This document shows positions 38,601 through 53,500 of a stretch of 64,000 nucleotides of DNA, one piece after another. The notes under the pieces were generated by a model. The model did not search any database, was not told the origin of the DNA, and saw nothing but the letters and a program-made list of their open reading frames with translations. Each line of letters begins with the position of its first letter. Position 1 is the stretch's first letter. Source of the DNA: Auanema rhodensis (Eukaryota; Animalia; Nematoda); contig OZ059896.1 in assembly GCA_964057225.1 (NCBI GenBank), positions 3,906,001-3,970,000 on the forward strand, read 5' to 3'. A program made the position numbers and the translations under genes.

Positions 38601-41600
38601 TGGACATTGTTATTCAACAAATAAATTAATTCTTCAGGGTGAAAATCGAGGATATAAGTGTGAACTTATATCAGTTGCTATCTCGGTGCATTTTTAAGCT
38701 AGCGCAAATCTGATAACACAGATCGACGCAGCTTAAAAATCCACATCGAATGCACTATACTACATTGGGAAACACTCAATACAAACATTAGTTATGATCG
38801 TTTGAAAAATGATGCATTAGTGTATGTTGAGTTTCCATGTACACTCAACATTGCTTCCAAAAACATTTTGACAAAAATTTTCCCGAAAAATTTCAAAATA
38901 ATTTCACAAAAAGTAGATGTTTTTAGATTCCTTTTTTCAAGACAAAGACGATGGACATTGTTATTCAACAAAAAAATTAATTCTTCAGGGTGAAAATCGA
39001 GGATATAAGTGTGAACCTATATCAGTTGATATCTCGGTGCATTTTCAAGCTAGCGCAAATCTGATAACACAGATCGACGCAGCTTAAAAATCCGCATCGA
39101 ATGCACTATACTACATGGAGAAACGCTCAATACAAAAATTAGTTATGATCGTTTGAAAAATGATGCATTAGTGTATGTTGAGTTTCCATGTACACTCAAC
39201 AATGCTTCCAAAAACATTTTGACAAAAATTTTCCCGAAAAATTTCAAAATAATTTCACAAAAAGTAGATGTTTTTAGATTCCTTTTTTCAAGACAAAGAC
39301 GATGGACAATGTTATTCAACGAAAAAATTAATTCTTCACGGTGAAAATCGAGGATATAAGTGTGAACCTATATCAGTTGATATCTCGGTGCATTTTCAAG
39401 CTAGCGCAAATCTGATAACACAGATCGACGCAGCTTAAAAATCCGCATCGAATGCACTATACTACATGGAGAAACGCTCAATACAAAAATTAGTTATGAT
39501 CGTTTGAAAAATGATGCATTAGTGTATGTTGAGTTTCCATGTACACTCAACAATGCTTCCAAAAACATTTTGACAAAAATTTTCCCGAAAAATTTCAGAA
39601 TAATTTCAAAAAAGTAGATGTTTTTAGATTCCTTTTTTCAAGACAAAGACGATGGACATTGTTATTCAACTAAAAAATTAATTCTTCACGGTGAAAATCG
39701 AGGATATAAGTGTGAACCTATATCAGTTGATATCTCGGTGCATTTTCAAGCTAGCGCAAATCTGATAACACAGATCGACGCAGCTTAAAAATCCGCATCG
39801 AATGCACTATACTACATTAAGAAAAGCTTAATACAAAAATTAGTTATGATCGTTTGAAAAATGATGCATTAGTGTATGTTGAGTTTCCATGTACACTCAA
39901 CATTGCTTCCAAAAACATTTTGACAAAAATTTTCCCGAAAAATTTCAAAATAATTTCACAAAAAGTAGATGTTTTTAGATTCCTTTTTTCAAGACAAAGA
40001 CGATGGACATTGTTATTCAACAAAAAAATTAATTCTTCAGGGTGAAAATCGAGGATATAAGTGTGAACTTATATCAGTTGATATCTCGGTGCATTTTTAA
40101 GCTAGCGCAAATCTGATAACACAGATCGACGCAGCTTAAAAATCCGCATCGAATGCACTATACTACATTGGGAAACACTCAATACAAAAATTAGTTATGA
40201 TCGTTTGAAAAATGATGCATTAGTGTATGTTGAGTTTCCATGTACACTCAACATTGCTTCCAAAAACATTTTGACAAAAATTTTCCCGAAAAATTTCAAA
40301 ATAATTTCACAAAAAGTAGATGTTTTTAGATTCCTTTTTTCAAGACAAAGACGATGGACAATGTTATTCAACGAAAAAATTAATTCTTCACGGTGAAAAT
40401 CGAGGATATAAGTGTGAACCTATATCAGTTGATATCTCGGTGCATTTTCAAGCTAGCGCAAATCTGATAACACAGATCGACGCAGCTTAAAAATCCGCAT
40501 CGAATGCACTATACTACATGGAGAAACGCTCAATACAAAAATTAGTTATGATCGTTTGAAAAATGATGCATTAGTGTATGTTGAGTTTCCATGTACACTC
40601 AACAATGCTTCCAAAAACATTTTGACAAAAATTTTCCCGAAAAATTTCAGAATAATTTCAAAAAAGTAGATGTTTTTAGATTCCTTTTTTCAAGACAAAG
40701 ACGATGGACATTGTTATTCAACTAAAAAATTAATTCTTCACGGTGAAAATCGAGGATATAAGTGTGAACCTATATCAGTTGATATCTCGGTGCATTTTCA
40801 AGCTAGCGCAAATCTGATAACACAGATCGACGCAGCTTAAAAATCCGCATCGAATGCACTATACTACATTAAGAAAAGCTTAATACAAAAATTAGTTATG
40901 ATCGTTTGAAAAATGATGCATTAGTGTATGTTGAGTTTCCATGTACACTCAACATTGCTTCCAAAAACATTTTGACAAAAATTTTCCCGAAAAATTTCAA
41001 AATAATTTCACAAAAAGTAGATGTTTTTAGATTCCTTTTTTCAAGACAAAGACGATGGACATTGTTATTCAACAAAAAAATTAATTCTTCAGGGTGAAAA
41101 TCGAGGATATAAGTGTGAACTTATATCAGTTGATATCTCGGTGCATTTTTAAGCTAGCGCAAATCTGATAACACAGATCGACGCAGCTTAAAAATCCGCA
41201 TCGAATGCACTATACTACATTGGGAAACACTCAATACAAAAATTAGTTATGATCGTTTGAAAAATGATGCATTAGTGTATGTTGAGTTTCCATGTACACT
41301 CAACATTGCTTCCAAAAACATTTTGACAAAAATTTTCCCGAAAAATTTCAAAATAATTTCACAAAAAGTAGATGTTTTTAGATTCCTTTTTTCAAGACAA
41401 AGACGATGGACATTGTTATTCAACAAAAAAATTAATTCTTCAGGGTGAAAATCGAGGATATAAGTGTGAACTTATATCAGTTGATATCTCGGTGCATTTT
41501 CAAGCTAGCGCAAATCTGATAACACAGATCGACGCAGCTTAAAAATCCGCATCGAATGCACTATACTACATTAAGAAAAGCTTAATACAAAAATTAGTTA

Positions 41601-44600
41601 TGATCGTTTGAAAAATGATGCATTAGTGTATGTTGAGTTTCCATGTACACTCAACATTGCTTCCAAAAACATTTTGACAAAAATTTTCCCGAAAAATTTC
41701 AAAATAATTTCACAAAAAGTAGATGTTTTTAGATTCCTTTTTTCAAGACAAAGACGATGGACATTGTTATTCAACAAAAAAATTAATTCTTCAGGGTGAA
41801 AATCGAGGATATAAGTGTGAACTTATATCAGTTGATATCTCGGTGCATTTTCAAGCTAGCGCAAATCTGATAACACAGATCGACGCAGCTTAAAAATCCG
41901 CATCGAATGCACTATACTACATTAAGAAAAGCTTAATACAAAAATTAGTTATGATCGTTTGAAAAATGATGCATTAGTGTATGTTGAGTTTCCATGTACA
42001 CTCAACATTGCTTCCAAAAACATTTTGACAAAAATTTTCCCGAAAAATTTCAGAATAATTTCACAAAAAGTAGATGTTTTTAGATTCCTTTTTTCAAGAC
42101 AAAGACGATGGACATTGTTATTCAACAAAAAAATTAATTCTTCAGGGTGAAAATCGAGGATATAAGTGTGAACCTATATCAGTTGATATCTCGGTGCATT
42201 TTCAAGCTAGCGCAAATCTGATAACACAGATCGACGCAGCTTAAAAATCCGCATCGAATGCACTATACTACATGGAGAAACGCTCAATACAAAAATTAGT
42301 TATGATCGTTTGAAAAATGATGCATTAGTGTATGTTGAGTTTCCATGTACACTCAACAATGCTTCCAAAAACATTTTGACAAAAATTTTCCCGAAAAATT
42401 TCAAAATAATTTCACAAAAAGTAGATGTTTTTAGATTCCTTTTTTCAAGACAAAGACGATGGACAATGTTATTCAACGAAAAAATTAATTCTTCACGGTG
42501 AAAATCGAGGATATAAGTGTGAACCTATATCAGTGGATATCTCGGTGCATTTTCAAGCTAGCGCAAATCTGATAACACAGATCGACGCAGCTTAAAAATC
42601 CGCATCGAATGCACTATACTACATGGAGAAACGCTCAATACAAAAATTAGTTATGATCGTTTGAAAAATGATGCATTAGTGTATGTTGAGTTTCCATGTA
42701 CACTCAACAATGCTTCCAAAAACATTTTGACAAAAATTTTCCCGAAAAATTTCAAAATAATTTCACAAAAAGTAGATGTTTTTAGATTCCTTTTTTCAAG
42801 ACAAAGACGATGGACATTGTTATTCAACAAAAAAATTAATTCTTCACGGTGAAAATCGAGGATATAAGTGTGAACCTATATCAGTTGATATCTCGGTGCA
42901 TTTTCAAGCTAGCGCAAATCTGATAACACAGATCGACGCAGCTTAAAAATCCGCATCGAATGCACTATACTACATTAAGAAAAGCTTAATACAAAAATTA
43001 GTTATGATCGTTTGAAAAATGATGCATTAGTGTATGTTGAGTTTCCATGTACACTCAACATTGCTTCCAAAAACATTTTGACAAAAATTTTCCCGAAAAA
43101 TTTCAAAATAATTTCACAAAAAGTAGATGTTTTTAGATTCCTTTTTTCAAGACAAAGACGATGGACATTGTTATTCAACAAAAAAATTAATTCTTCAGGG
43201 TGAAAATCGAGGATATAAGTGTGAACTTATATCAGTTGATATCTCGGTGCATTTTTAAGCTAGCGCAAATCTGATAACACAGATCGACGCAGCTTAAAAA
43301 TCCGCATCGAATGCACTATACTACATTAAGAAAAGCTCAATACAAAAATTAGTTATGATCGTTTGAAAAATGATGCATTAGTGTATGTTGAGTTTCCATG
43401 TACACTCAACATTGCTTCCAAAAACATTTTGACAAAAATTTTCCCGAAAAATTTCAAAATAATTTCACAAAAAGTAGATGTTTTTAGATTCCTTTTTTCA
43501 AGACAAAGACGATGGACATTGTTATTCAACAAAAAAATTAATTCTTCAGGGTGAAAATCGAGGATATAAGTGTGAACTTATATCAGTTGCTATCTCGGTG
43601 CATTTTTAAGCTAGCGCAAATCTGATAACACAGATCGACGCAGCTTAAAAATCCGCATCGAATGCACTATACTACATTAAGAAAAGCTTAATACAAAAAT
43701 TAGTTATGATCGTTTGAAAAATGATGCATTAGTGTATGTTGAGTTTCCATGTACACTCAACATTGCTTCCAAAAACATTTTGACAAAAATTTTCCCGAAA
43801 AATTTCAAAATAATTTCACAAAAAGTAGATGTTTTTAGATTTCTTTTTTCAAGACAAAGACGATGGACATTGTTATTCAACAAATAAATTAATTCTTCAG
43901 GGTGAAAATCGAGGATATAAGTGTGAACTTATATCAGTTGCTATCTCGGTGCATTTTTAAGCTAGCGCAAATCTGATAACACAGATCGACGCAGCTTAAA
44001 AATCCACATCGAATGCACTATACTACATTGGGAAACACTCAATACAAACATTAGTTATGATCGTTTGAAAAATGATGCATTAGTGTATGTTGAGTTTCCA
44101 TGTACACTCAACATTGCTTCCAAAAACATTTTGACAAAAATTTTCCCGAAAAATTTCAAAATAATTTCACAAAAAGTAGATGTTTTTAGATTCCTTTTTT
44201 CAAGACAAAGACGATGGACATTGTTATTCAACAAAAAAATTAATTCTTCAGGGTGAAAATCGAGGATATAAGTGTGAACCTATATCAGTTGATATCTCGG
44301 TGCATTTTCAAGCTAGCGCAAATCTGATAACACAGATCGACGCAGCTTAAAAATCCGCATCGAATGCACTATACTACATGGAGAAACGCTCAATACAAAA
44401 ATTAGTTATGATCGTTTGAAAAATGATGCATTAGTGTATGTTGAGTTTCCATGTACACTCAACAATGCTTCCAAAAACATTTTGACAAAAATTTTCCCGA
44501 AAAATTTCAAAATAATTTCACAAAAAGTAGATGTTTTTAGATTCCTTTTTTCAAGACAAAGACGATGGACAATGTTATTCAACGAAAAAATTAATTCTTC

Positions 44601-45466
44601 ACGGTGAAAATCGAGGATATAAGTGTGAACCTATATCAGTTGATATCTCGGTGCATTTTCAAGCTAGCGCAAATCTGATAACACAGATCGACGCAGCTTA
44701 AAAATCCGCATCGAATGCACTATACTACATGGAGAAACGCTCAATACAAAAATTAGTTATGATCGTTTGAAAAATGATGCATTAGTGTATGTTGAGTTTC
44801 CATGTACACTCAACAATGCTTCCAAAAACATTTTGACAAAAATTTTCCCGAAAAATTTCAGAATAATTTCAAAAAAGTAGATGTTTTTAGATTCCTTTTT
44901 TCAAGACAAAGACGATGGACATTGTTATTCAACTAAAAAATTAATTCTTCACGGTGAAAATCGAGGATATAAGTGTGAACCTATATCAGTTGATATCTCG
45001 GTGCATTTTCAAGCTAGCGCAAATCTGATAACACAGATCGACGCAGCTTAAAAATCCGCATCGAATGCACTATACTACATTAAGAAAAGCTTAATACAAA
45101 AATTAGTTATGATCGTTTGAAAAATGATGCATTAGTGTATGTTGAGTTTCCATGTACACTCAACATTGCTTCCAAAAACATTTTGACAAAAATTTTCCCG
45201 AAAAATTTCAAAATAATTTCAAAAAAGTAGATGTTTTTAGATTCCTTTTTTCAAGACAAAGACGATGGACATTGTTATTCAACTAAAAAATTAATTCTTC
45301 ACGGTGAAAATCGAGGATATAAGTGTGAACCTATATCAGTTGATATCTCGGTGCATTTTCAAGCTAGCGCAAATCTGATAACACAGATCGACGCAGCTTA
45401 AAAATCCGCATCGAATGCACTATACTACATCAAGAAAAGCTTAATACAAAAATTAGTTATGATCGT
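35643..45466 (+). repeat. Duplicated multi-monomer block with nested 3-mer duplications
   Basis: Shared rare markers: TTCAGAAT (35994, 41959); GTTGCTATC with CAAATAAA (37398, 38451, 43714); TTTCAAAAAAG with AACTAAA (39504, 40556, 44767, 45117). Confidence 0.85.
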
Positions 45467-47572
45467 TTGAAAAATGATGCATTAGTGTATGTTGAGTTTC
45501 CATGTACACTCAACATTGCTTCCAAAAACATTTTGACAAAAATTTTCCCGAAAAATTTCAAAATAATTTCACAAAAAGTAGATGTTTTTAGATTTCTTTT
45601 TTCAAGACAAAGACGATGGACATTGTTATTCAACAAAAAAATTAATTCTTCAGGGTGAAAATCGAGGATATAAGTGTGAACTTATATCAGTTGATATCTC
45701 GGTGCATTTTTAAGCTAGCGCAAATCTGATAACACAGATCGACGCAGCTTAAAAATCCACATCGAATGCACTATACTACATTAAGAAAAGCTTAATACAA
45801 AAATTAGTTATGATCGTTTGAAAAATGATGCATTAGTGTATGTTGAGTTTCCATGTACACTCAACATTGCTTCCAAAAACATTTTGACAAAAATTTTCCC
45901 GAAAAATTTCAAAATAATTTCACAAAAAGTAGATGTTTTTAGATTTCTTTTTTCAAGACAAAGACGATGGACATTGTTATTCAACAAAAAAATTAATTCT
46001 TCAGGGTGAAAATCGAGGATATAAGTGTGAACTTATATCAGTTGATATCTCGGTGCATTTTTAAGCTAGCGCAAATCTGATAACACAGATCGACGCAGCT
46101 TAAAAATCCACATCGAATGCACTATACTACATTGGGAAACACTCAATACAAACATTAGTTATGATCGTTTGAAAAATGATGCATTAGTGTATGTTGAGTT
46201 TCCATGTACACTCAACATTGCTTCCAAAAACATTTTGACAAAAATTTTCCCGAAAAATTTCAAAATAATTTCACAAAAAGTAGATGTTTTTAGATTCCTT
46301 TTTTCAAGACAAAGACGATGGACATTGTTATTCAACAAAAAAATTAATTCTTCAGGGTGAAAATCGAGGATATAAGTGTGAACCTATATCAGTTGATATC
46401 TCGGTGCATTTTCAAGCTAGCGCAAATCTGATAACACAGATCGACGCAGCTTAAAAATCCGCATCGAATGCACTATACTACATGGAGAAACGCTCAATAC
46501 AAAAATTAGTTATGATCGTTTGAAAAATGATGCATTAGTGTATGTTGAGTTTCCATGTACACTCAACAATGCTTCCAAAAACATTTTGACAAAAATTTTC
46601 CCGAAAAATTTCAAAATAATTTCACAAAAAGTAGATGTTTTTAGATTCCTTTTTTCAAGACAAAGACGATGGACAATGTTATTCAACGAAAAAATTAAAT
46701 CTTCAGGGTGAAAATCGAGGATATAAGTGTGAACCTATATCAGTTGATATCTCGGTGCATTTTCAAGCTAGCGCAAATCTGATAACACAGATCGACGCAG
46801 CTTAAAAATCCGCATCGAATGCACTATACTACATGGAGAAACGCTCAATACAAAAATTAGTTATGATCGTTTGAAAAATGATGCATTAGTGTATGTTGAG
46901 TTTCCATGTACACTCAACAATGCTTCCAAAAACATTTTGACAAAAATTTTCCCGAAAAATTTCAAAATAATTTCACAAAAAGTAGATGTTTTTAGATTCC
47001 TTTTTTCAAGACAAAGACGATGGACATTGTTATTCAACAAAAAAATTAATTCTTCACGGTGAAAATCGAGGATATAAGTGTGAACCTATATCAGTTGATA
47101 TCTCGGTGCATTTTCAAGCTAGCGCAAATCTGATAACACAGATCGACGCAGCTTAAAAATCCGCATCGAATGCACTATACTACATGGAGAAACGCTCAAT
47201 ACAAAAATTAGTTATGATCGTTTGAAAAATGATGCATTAGTATATGTTGAGTTTCCATGTACACTCAACAATGCTTCCAAAAACATTTTGACAAAAATTT
47301 TCCCGAAAAATTTCAAAATAATTTCACAAAAAGTAGATGTTTTTAGATTCCTTTTTTCAAGACAAAGACGATGGACATTGTTATTCAACAAAAAAATTAA
47401 TTCTTCACGGTGAAAATCGAGGATATAAGTGTGAACCTATATCAGTTGATATCTCGGTGCATTTTCAAGCTAGCGCAAATCTGATAACACAGATCGACGC
47501 AGCTTAAAAATCCGCATCGAATGCACTATACTACATTAAGAAAAGCTTAATACAAAAATTAGTTATGATCGT

Positions 47573-50500
47573 TTGAAAAATGATGCATTAGTGTATGTTG
47601 AGTTTCCATGTACACTCAACATTGCTTCCAAAAACATTTTGACAAAAATTTTCCCGAAAAATTTCAAAATAATTTCACAAAAAGTAGATGTTTTTAGATT
47701 TCTTTTTTTAAGACAAAGACGATGGACATTGTTATTCAACAAAAAAATTAATTCTTCAGGGTGAAAATCGAGGATATAAGTGTGAACTTATATCAGTTGA
47801 TATCTCGGTGCATTTTTAAGCTAGCGCAAATCTGATAACACAGATCGACGCAGCTTAAAAATCCACATCGAATGCACTATACTACATTGGGAAACACTCA
47901 ATACAAACATTAGTTATGATCGTTTGAAAAATGATGCATTAGTGTATGTTGAGTTTCCATGTACACTCAACATTGCTTCCAAAAACATTTTGACAAAAAT
48001 TTTCCCGAAAAATTTCAAAATAATTTCACAAAAAGTAGATGTTTTTAGATTCCTTTTTTCAAGACAAAGACGATGGACATTGTTATTCAACAAAAAAATT
48101 AATTCTTCAGGGTGAAAATCGAGGATATAAGTGTGAACCTATATCAGTTGATATCTCGGTGCATTTTCAAGCTAGCGCAAATCTGATAACACAGATCGAC
48201 GCAGCTTAAAAATCCGCATCGAATGCACTATACTACATGGAGAAACGCTCAATACAAAAATTAGTTATGATCGTTTGAAAAATGATGCATTAGTGTATGT
48301 TGAGTTTCCATGTACACTCAACAATGCTTCCAAAAACATTTTGACAAAAATTTTCCCGAAAAATTTCAAAATAATTTCACAAAAAGTAGATGTTTTTAGA
48401 TTCCTTTTTTCAAGACAAAGACGATGGACAATGTTATTCAACGAAAAAATTAAATCTTCAGGGTGAAAATCGAGGATATAAGTGTGAACCTATATCAGTT
48501 GATATCTCGGTGCATTTTCAAGCTAGCGCAAATCTGATAACACAGATCGACGCAGCTTAAAAATCCGCATCGAATGCACTATACTACATGGAGAAACGCT
48601 CAATACAAAAATTAGTTATGATCGTTTGAAAAATGATGCATTAGTGTATGTTGAGTTTCCATGTACACTCAACAATGCTTCCAAAAACATTTTGACAAAA
48701 ATTTTCCCGAAAAATTTCAAAATAATTTCACAAAAAGTAGATGTTTTTAGATTCCTTTTTTCAAGACAAAGACGATGGACATTGTTATTCAACAAAAAAA
48801 TTAATTCTTCACGGTGAAAATCGAGGATATAAGTGTGAACCTATATCAGTTGATATCTCGGTGCATTTTCAAGCTAGCGCAAATCTGATAACACAGATCG
48901 ACGCAGCTTAAAAATCCGCATCGAATGCACTATACTACATGGAGAAACGCTCAATACAAAAATTAGTTATGATCGTTTGAAAAATGATGCATTAGTGTAT
49001 GTTGAGTTTCCATGTACACTCAACAATGCTTCCAAAAACATTTTGACGAAAATTTTCCCGAAAAATTTCAAAATAATTTCACAAAAAGTAGATGTTTTTA
49101 GATTCCTTTTTTCAAGACAAAGACGATGGACATTGTTATTCAACAAAAAAATTAATTCTTCACGGTGAAAATCGAGGATATAAGTGTGAACCTATATCAG
49201 TTGATATCTCGGTGCATTTTCAAGCTAGCGCAAATCTGATAACACAGATCGACGCAGCTTAAAAATCCGCATCGAATGCACTATACTACATGGAGAAACG
49301 CTCAATACAAAAATTAGTTATGATCGTTTGAAAAATGATGCATTAGTGTATGTTGAGTTTCCATGTACACTCAACAATGCTTCCAAAAACATTTTGACAA
49401 AAATTTTCCCGAAAAATTTCAAAATAATTTCACAAAAAGTAGATGTTTTTAGATTCCTTTTTTCAAGACAAAGACGATGGACATTGTTATTCAACAAAAA
49501 AATTAATTCTTCACGGTGAAAATCGAGGATATAAGTGTGAACCTATATCAGTTGATATCTCGGTGCATTTTCAAGCTAGCGCAAATCTGATAACACAGAT
49601 CGACGCAGCTTAAAAATCCGCATCGAATGCACTATACTACATGGAGAAACGCTCAATACAAAAATTAGTTATGATCGTTTGAAAAATGATGCATTAGTGT
49701 ATGTTGAGTTTCCATGTACACTCAACAATGCTTCCAAAAACATTTTGACAAAAATTTTCCCGAAAAATTTCAAAATAATTTCACAAAAAGTAGATGTTTT
49801 TAGATTCCTTTTTTCAAGACAAAGACGATGGACATTGTTATTCAACAAAAAAATTAATTCTTCACGGTGAAAATCGAGGATATAAGTGTGAACCTATATC
49901 AGTTGATATCTCGGTGCATTTTCAAGCTAGCGCAAATCTGATAACACAGATCGACGCAGCTTAAAAATCCGCATCGAATGCACTATACTACATGGAGAAA
50001 CGCTCAATACAAAAATTAGTTATGATCGTTTGAAAAATGATGCATTAGTGTATGTTGAGTTTCCATGTACACTCAACAATGCTTCCAAAAACATTTTGAC
50101 AAAAATTTTCCCGAAAAATTTCAAAATAATTTCACAAAAAGTAGATGTTTTTAGATTCCTTTTTTCAAGACGAAGACGATGGACAATGTTATTCAACGAA
50201 AAAATTAAATCTTCAGGGTGAAAATCGAGGATATAAGTGTGAACCTATATCAGTTGATATCTCGGTGCATTTTCAAGCTAGCGCAAATCTGATAACACAG
50301 ATCGACGCAGCTTAAAAATCCGCATCGAATGCACTGTACTACATTAAGAAACGCTCAATACAAAAATTAGTTATGATTGTTTGAAAAATGATGCATTAGT
50401 GTATGTTGAGTTTCCATGTACACTCAACATTGCTTCCAAAAACATTTTGACAAACATTTTCCCGAAAAATTTCAGAATAAATTTACAAAAAGTAGATGTT

Positions 50501-53500
50501 TTTAGATTCCTTTTTTCAAGACAAAGACGATGGACATTGTCATTCAACAAAAAAATTAATTCTTCACGGTGAAAATCGAGGATATAAGTGTGAACCTATA
50601 TCAGTTGATATCTCGGTGCATTTTCAAGCTAGCGCAAATCTGATAACACAGATCGACGCAGCTTAAAAATCCGCATCGAATGCACTATACTACATGGAGA
50701 AACGCTCAATACAAAAATTAGTTATGATCGTTTGAAAAATGATGCATTAGTGTATGTTGAGTTTCCATGTACACTCAACATTGCTTCCAAAAACATTTTG
50801 ACAAAAATTTTCCCGAAAAATTTCAGAATAATTTCACAAAAAGTAGATGTTTTTAGATTCCTTTTTTCAAGACAAAGACGATGGACATTGTTATTCAACA
50901 AAAAAATTAATTCTTCACGGTGAAAATCGAGGATATAAGTGTGAACCTATATCAGTTGATATCTCGGTGCATTTTCAAGCTAGCGCAAATCTGATAACAC
51001 AGATCGACGCAGCTTAAAAATCCGCATCGAATGCACTATACTACATTAAGAAAAGCTTAATACAAAAATTAGTTATGATCGTTTGAAAAATGATGCATTA
51101 GTGTATGTTGAGTTTCCATGTACACTCAACATTGCTTCCAAAAACATTTTGACAAAAATTTTCCCGAAAAATTTCAAAATAATTTCACAAAAAGTAGATG
51201 TTTTTAGATTCCTTTTTTCAAGACAAAGACGATGGACATTGTTATTCAACAAAAAAATTAATTCTTCAGGGTGAAAATCGAGGATATAAGTGTGAACTTA
51301 TATCAGTTGATATCTCGGTGCATTTTTAAGCTAGCGCAAATCTGATAACACAGATCGACGCAGCTTAAAAATCCGCATCGAATGCACTATACTACATCAA
51401 GAAAAGCTTAATACAAAAATTAGTTATGATCGTTTGAAAAATGATGCATTAGTGTATGTTGAGTTTCCATGTACACTCAACATTGCTTCCAAAAACATTT
51501 TGACAAAAATTTTCCCGAAAAATTTCAAAATAATTTCACAAAAAGTAGATGTTTTTAGATTTCTTTTTTTAAGACAAAGACGATGGACATTGTTATTCAA
51601 CAAAAAAATTAATTCTTCAGGGTGAAAATCGAGGATATAAGTGTGAACTTATATCAGTTGATATCTCGGTGCATTTTTAAGCTAGCGCAAATCTGATAAC
51701 ACAGATCGACGCAGCTTAAAAATCCACATCGAATGCACTATACTACATTGGGAAACACTCAATACAAACATTAGTTATGATCGTTTGAAAAATGATGCAT
51801 TAGTGTATGTTGAGTTTCCATGTACACTCAACATTGCTTCCAAAAACATTTTGACAAAAATTTTCCCGAAAAATTTCAAAATAATTTCACAAAAAGTAGA
51901 TGTTTTTAGATTCCTTTTTTCAAGACAAAGACGATGGACATTGTTATTCAACAAAAAAATTAATTCTTCAGGGTGAAAATCGAGGATATAAGTGTGAACC
52001 TATATCAGTTGATATCTCGGTGCATTTTCAAGCTAGCGCAAATCTGATAACACAGATCGACGCAGCTTAAAAATCCGCATCGAATGCACTATACTACATG
52101 GAGAAACGCTCAATACAAAAATTAGTTATGATCGTTTGAAAAATGATGCATTAGTGTATGTTGAGTTTCCATGTACACTCAACAATGCTTCCAAAAACAT
52201 TTTGACAAAAATTTTCCCGAAAAATTTCAAAATAATTTCACAAAAAGTAGATGTTTTTAGATTCCTTTTTTCAAGACAAAGACGATGGACAATGTTATTC
52301 AACGAAAAAATTAAATCTTCAGGGTGAAAATCGAGGATATAAGTGTGAACCTATATCAGTTGATATCTCGGTGCATTTTCAAGCTAGCGCAAATCTGATA
52401 ACACAGATCGACGCAGCTTAAAAATCCGCATCGAATGCACTATACTACATGGAGAAACGCTCAATACAAAAATTAGTTATGATCGTTTGAAAAATGATGC
52501 ATTAGTGTATGTTGAGTTTCCATGTACACTCAACAATGCTTCCAAAAACATTTTGACAAAAATTTTCCCGAAAAATTTCAAAATAATTTCACAAAAAGTA
52601 GATGTTTTTAGATTCCTTTTTTCAAGACAAAGACGATGGACATTGTTATTCAACAAAAAAATTAATTCTTCACGGTGAAAATCGAGGATATAAGTGTGAA
52701 CCTATATCAGTTGATATCTCGGTGCATTTTCAAGCTAGCGCAAATCTGATAACACAGATCGACGCAGCTTAAAAATCCGCATCGAATGCACTATACTACA
52801 TGGAGAAACGCTCAATACAAAAATTAGTTATGATCGTTTGAAAAATGATGCATTAGTGTATGTTGAGTTTCCATGTACACTCAACAATGCTTCCAAAAAC
52901 ATTTTGACGAAAATTTTCCCGAAAAATTTCAAAATAATTTCACAAAAAGTAGATGTTTTTAGATTCCTTTTTTCAAGACAAAGACGATGGACATTGTTAT
53001 TCAACAAAAAAATTAATTCTTCACGGTGAAAATCGAGGATATAAGTGTGAACCTATATCAGTTGATATCTCGGTGCATTTTCAAGCTAGCGCAAATCTGA
53101 TAACACAGATCGACGCAGCTTAAAAATCCGCATCGAATGCACTATACTACATGGAGAAACGCTCAATACAAAAATTAGTTATGATCGTTTGAAAAATGAT
53201 GCATTAGTGTATGTTGAGTTTCCATGTACACTCAACAATGCTTCCAAAAACATTTTGACAAAACTTTTCCCGAAAAATTTCAAAATAATTTCACAAAAAG
53301 TAGATGTTTTTAGATTCCTTTTTTCAAGACAAAGACGATGGACATTGTTATTCAACAAAAAAATTAATTCTTCACGGTGAAAATCGAGGATATAAGTGTG
53401 AACCTATATCAGTTGATATCTCGGTGCATTTTCAAGCTAGCGCAAATCTGATAACACAGATCGACGCAGCTTAAAAATCCGCATCGAATGCACTATACTA

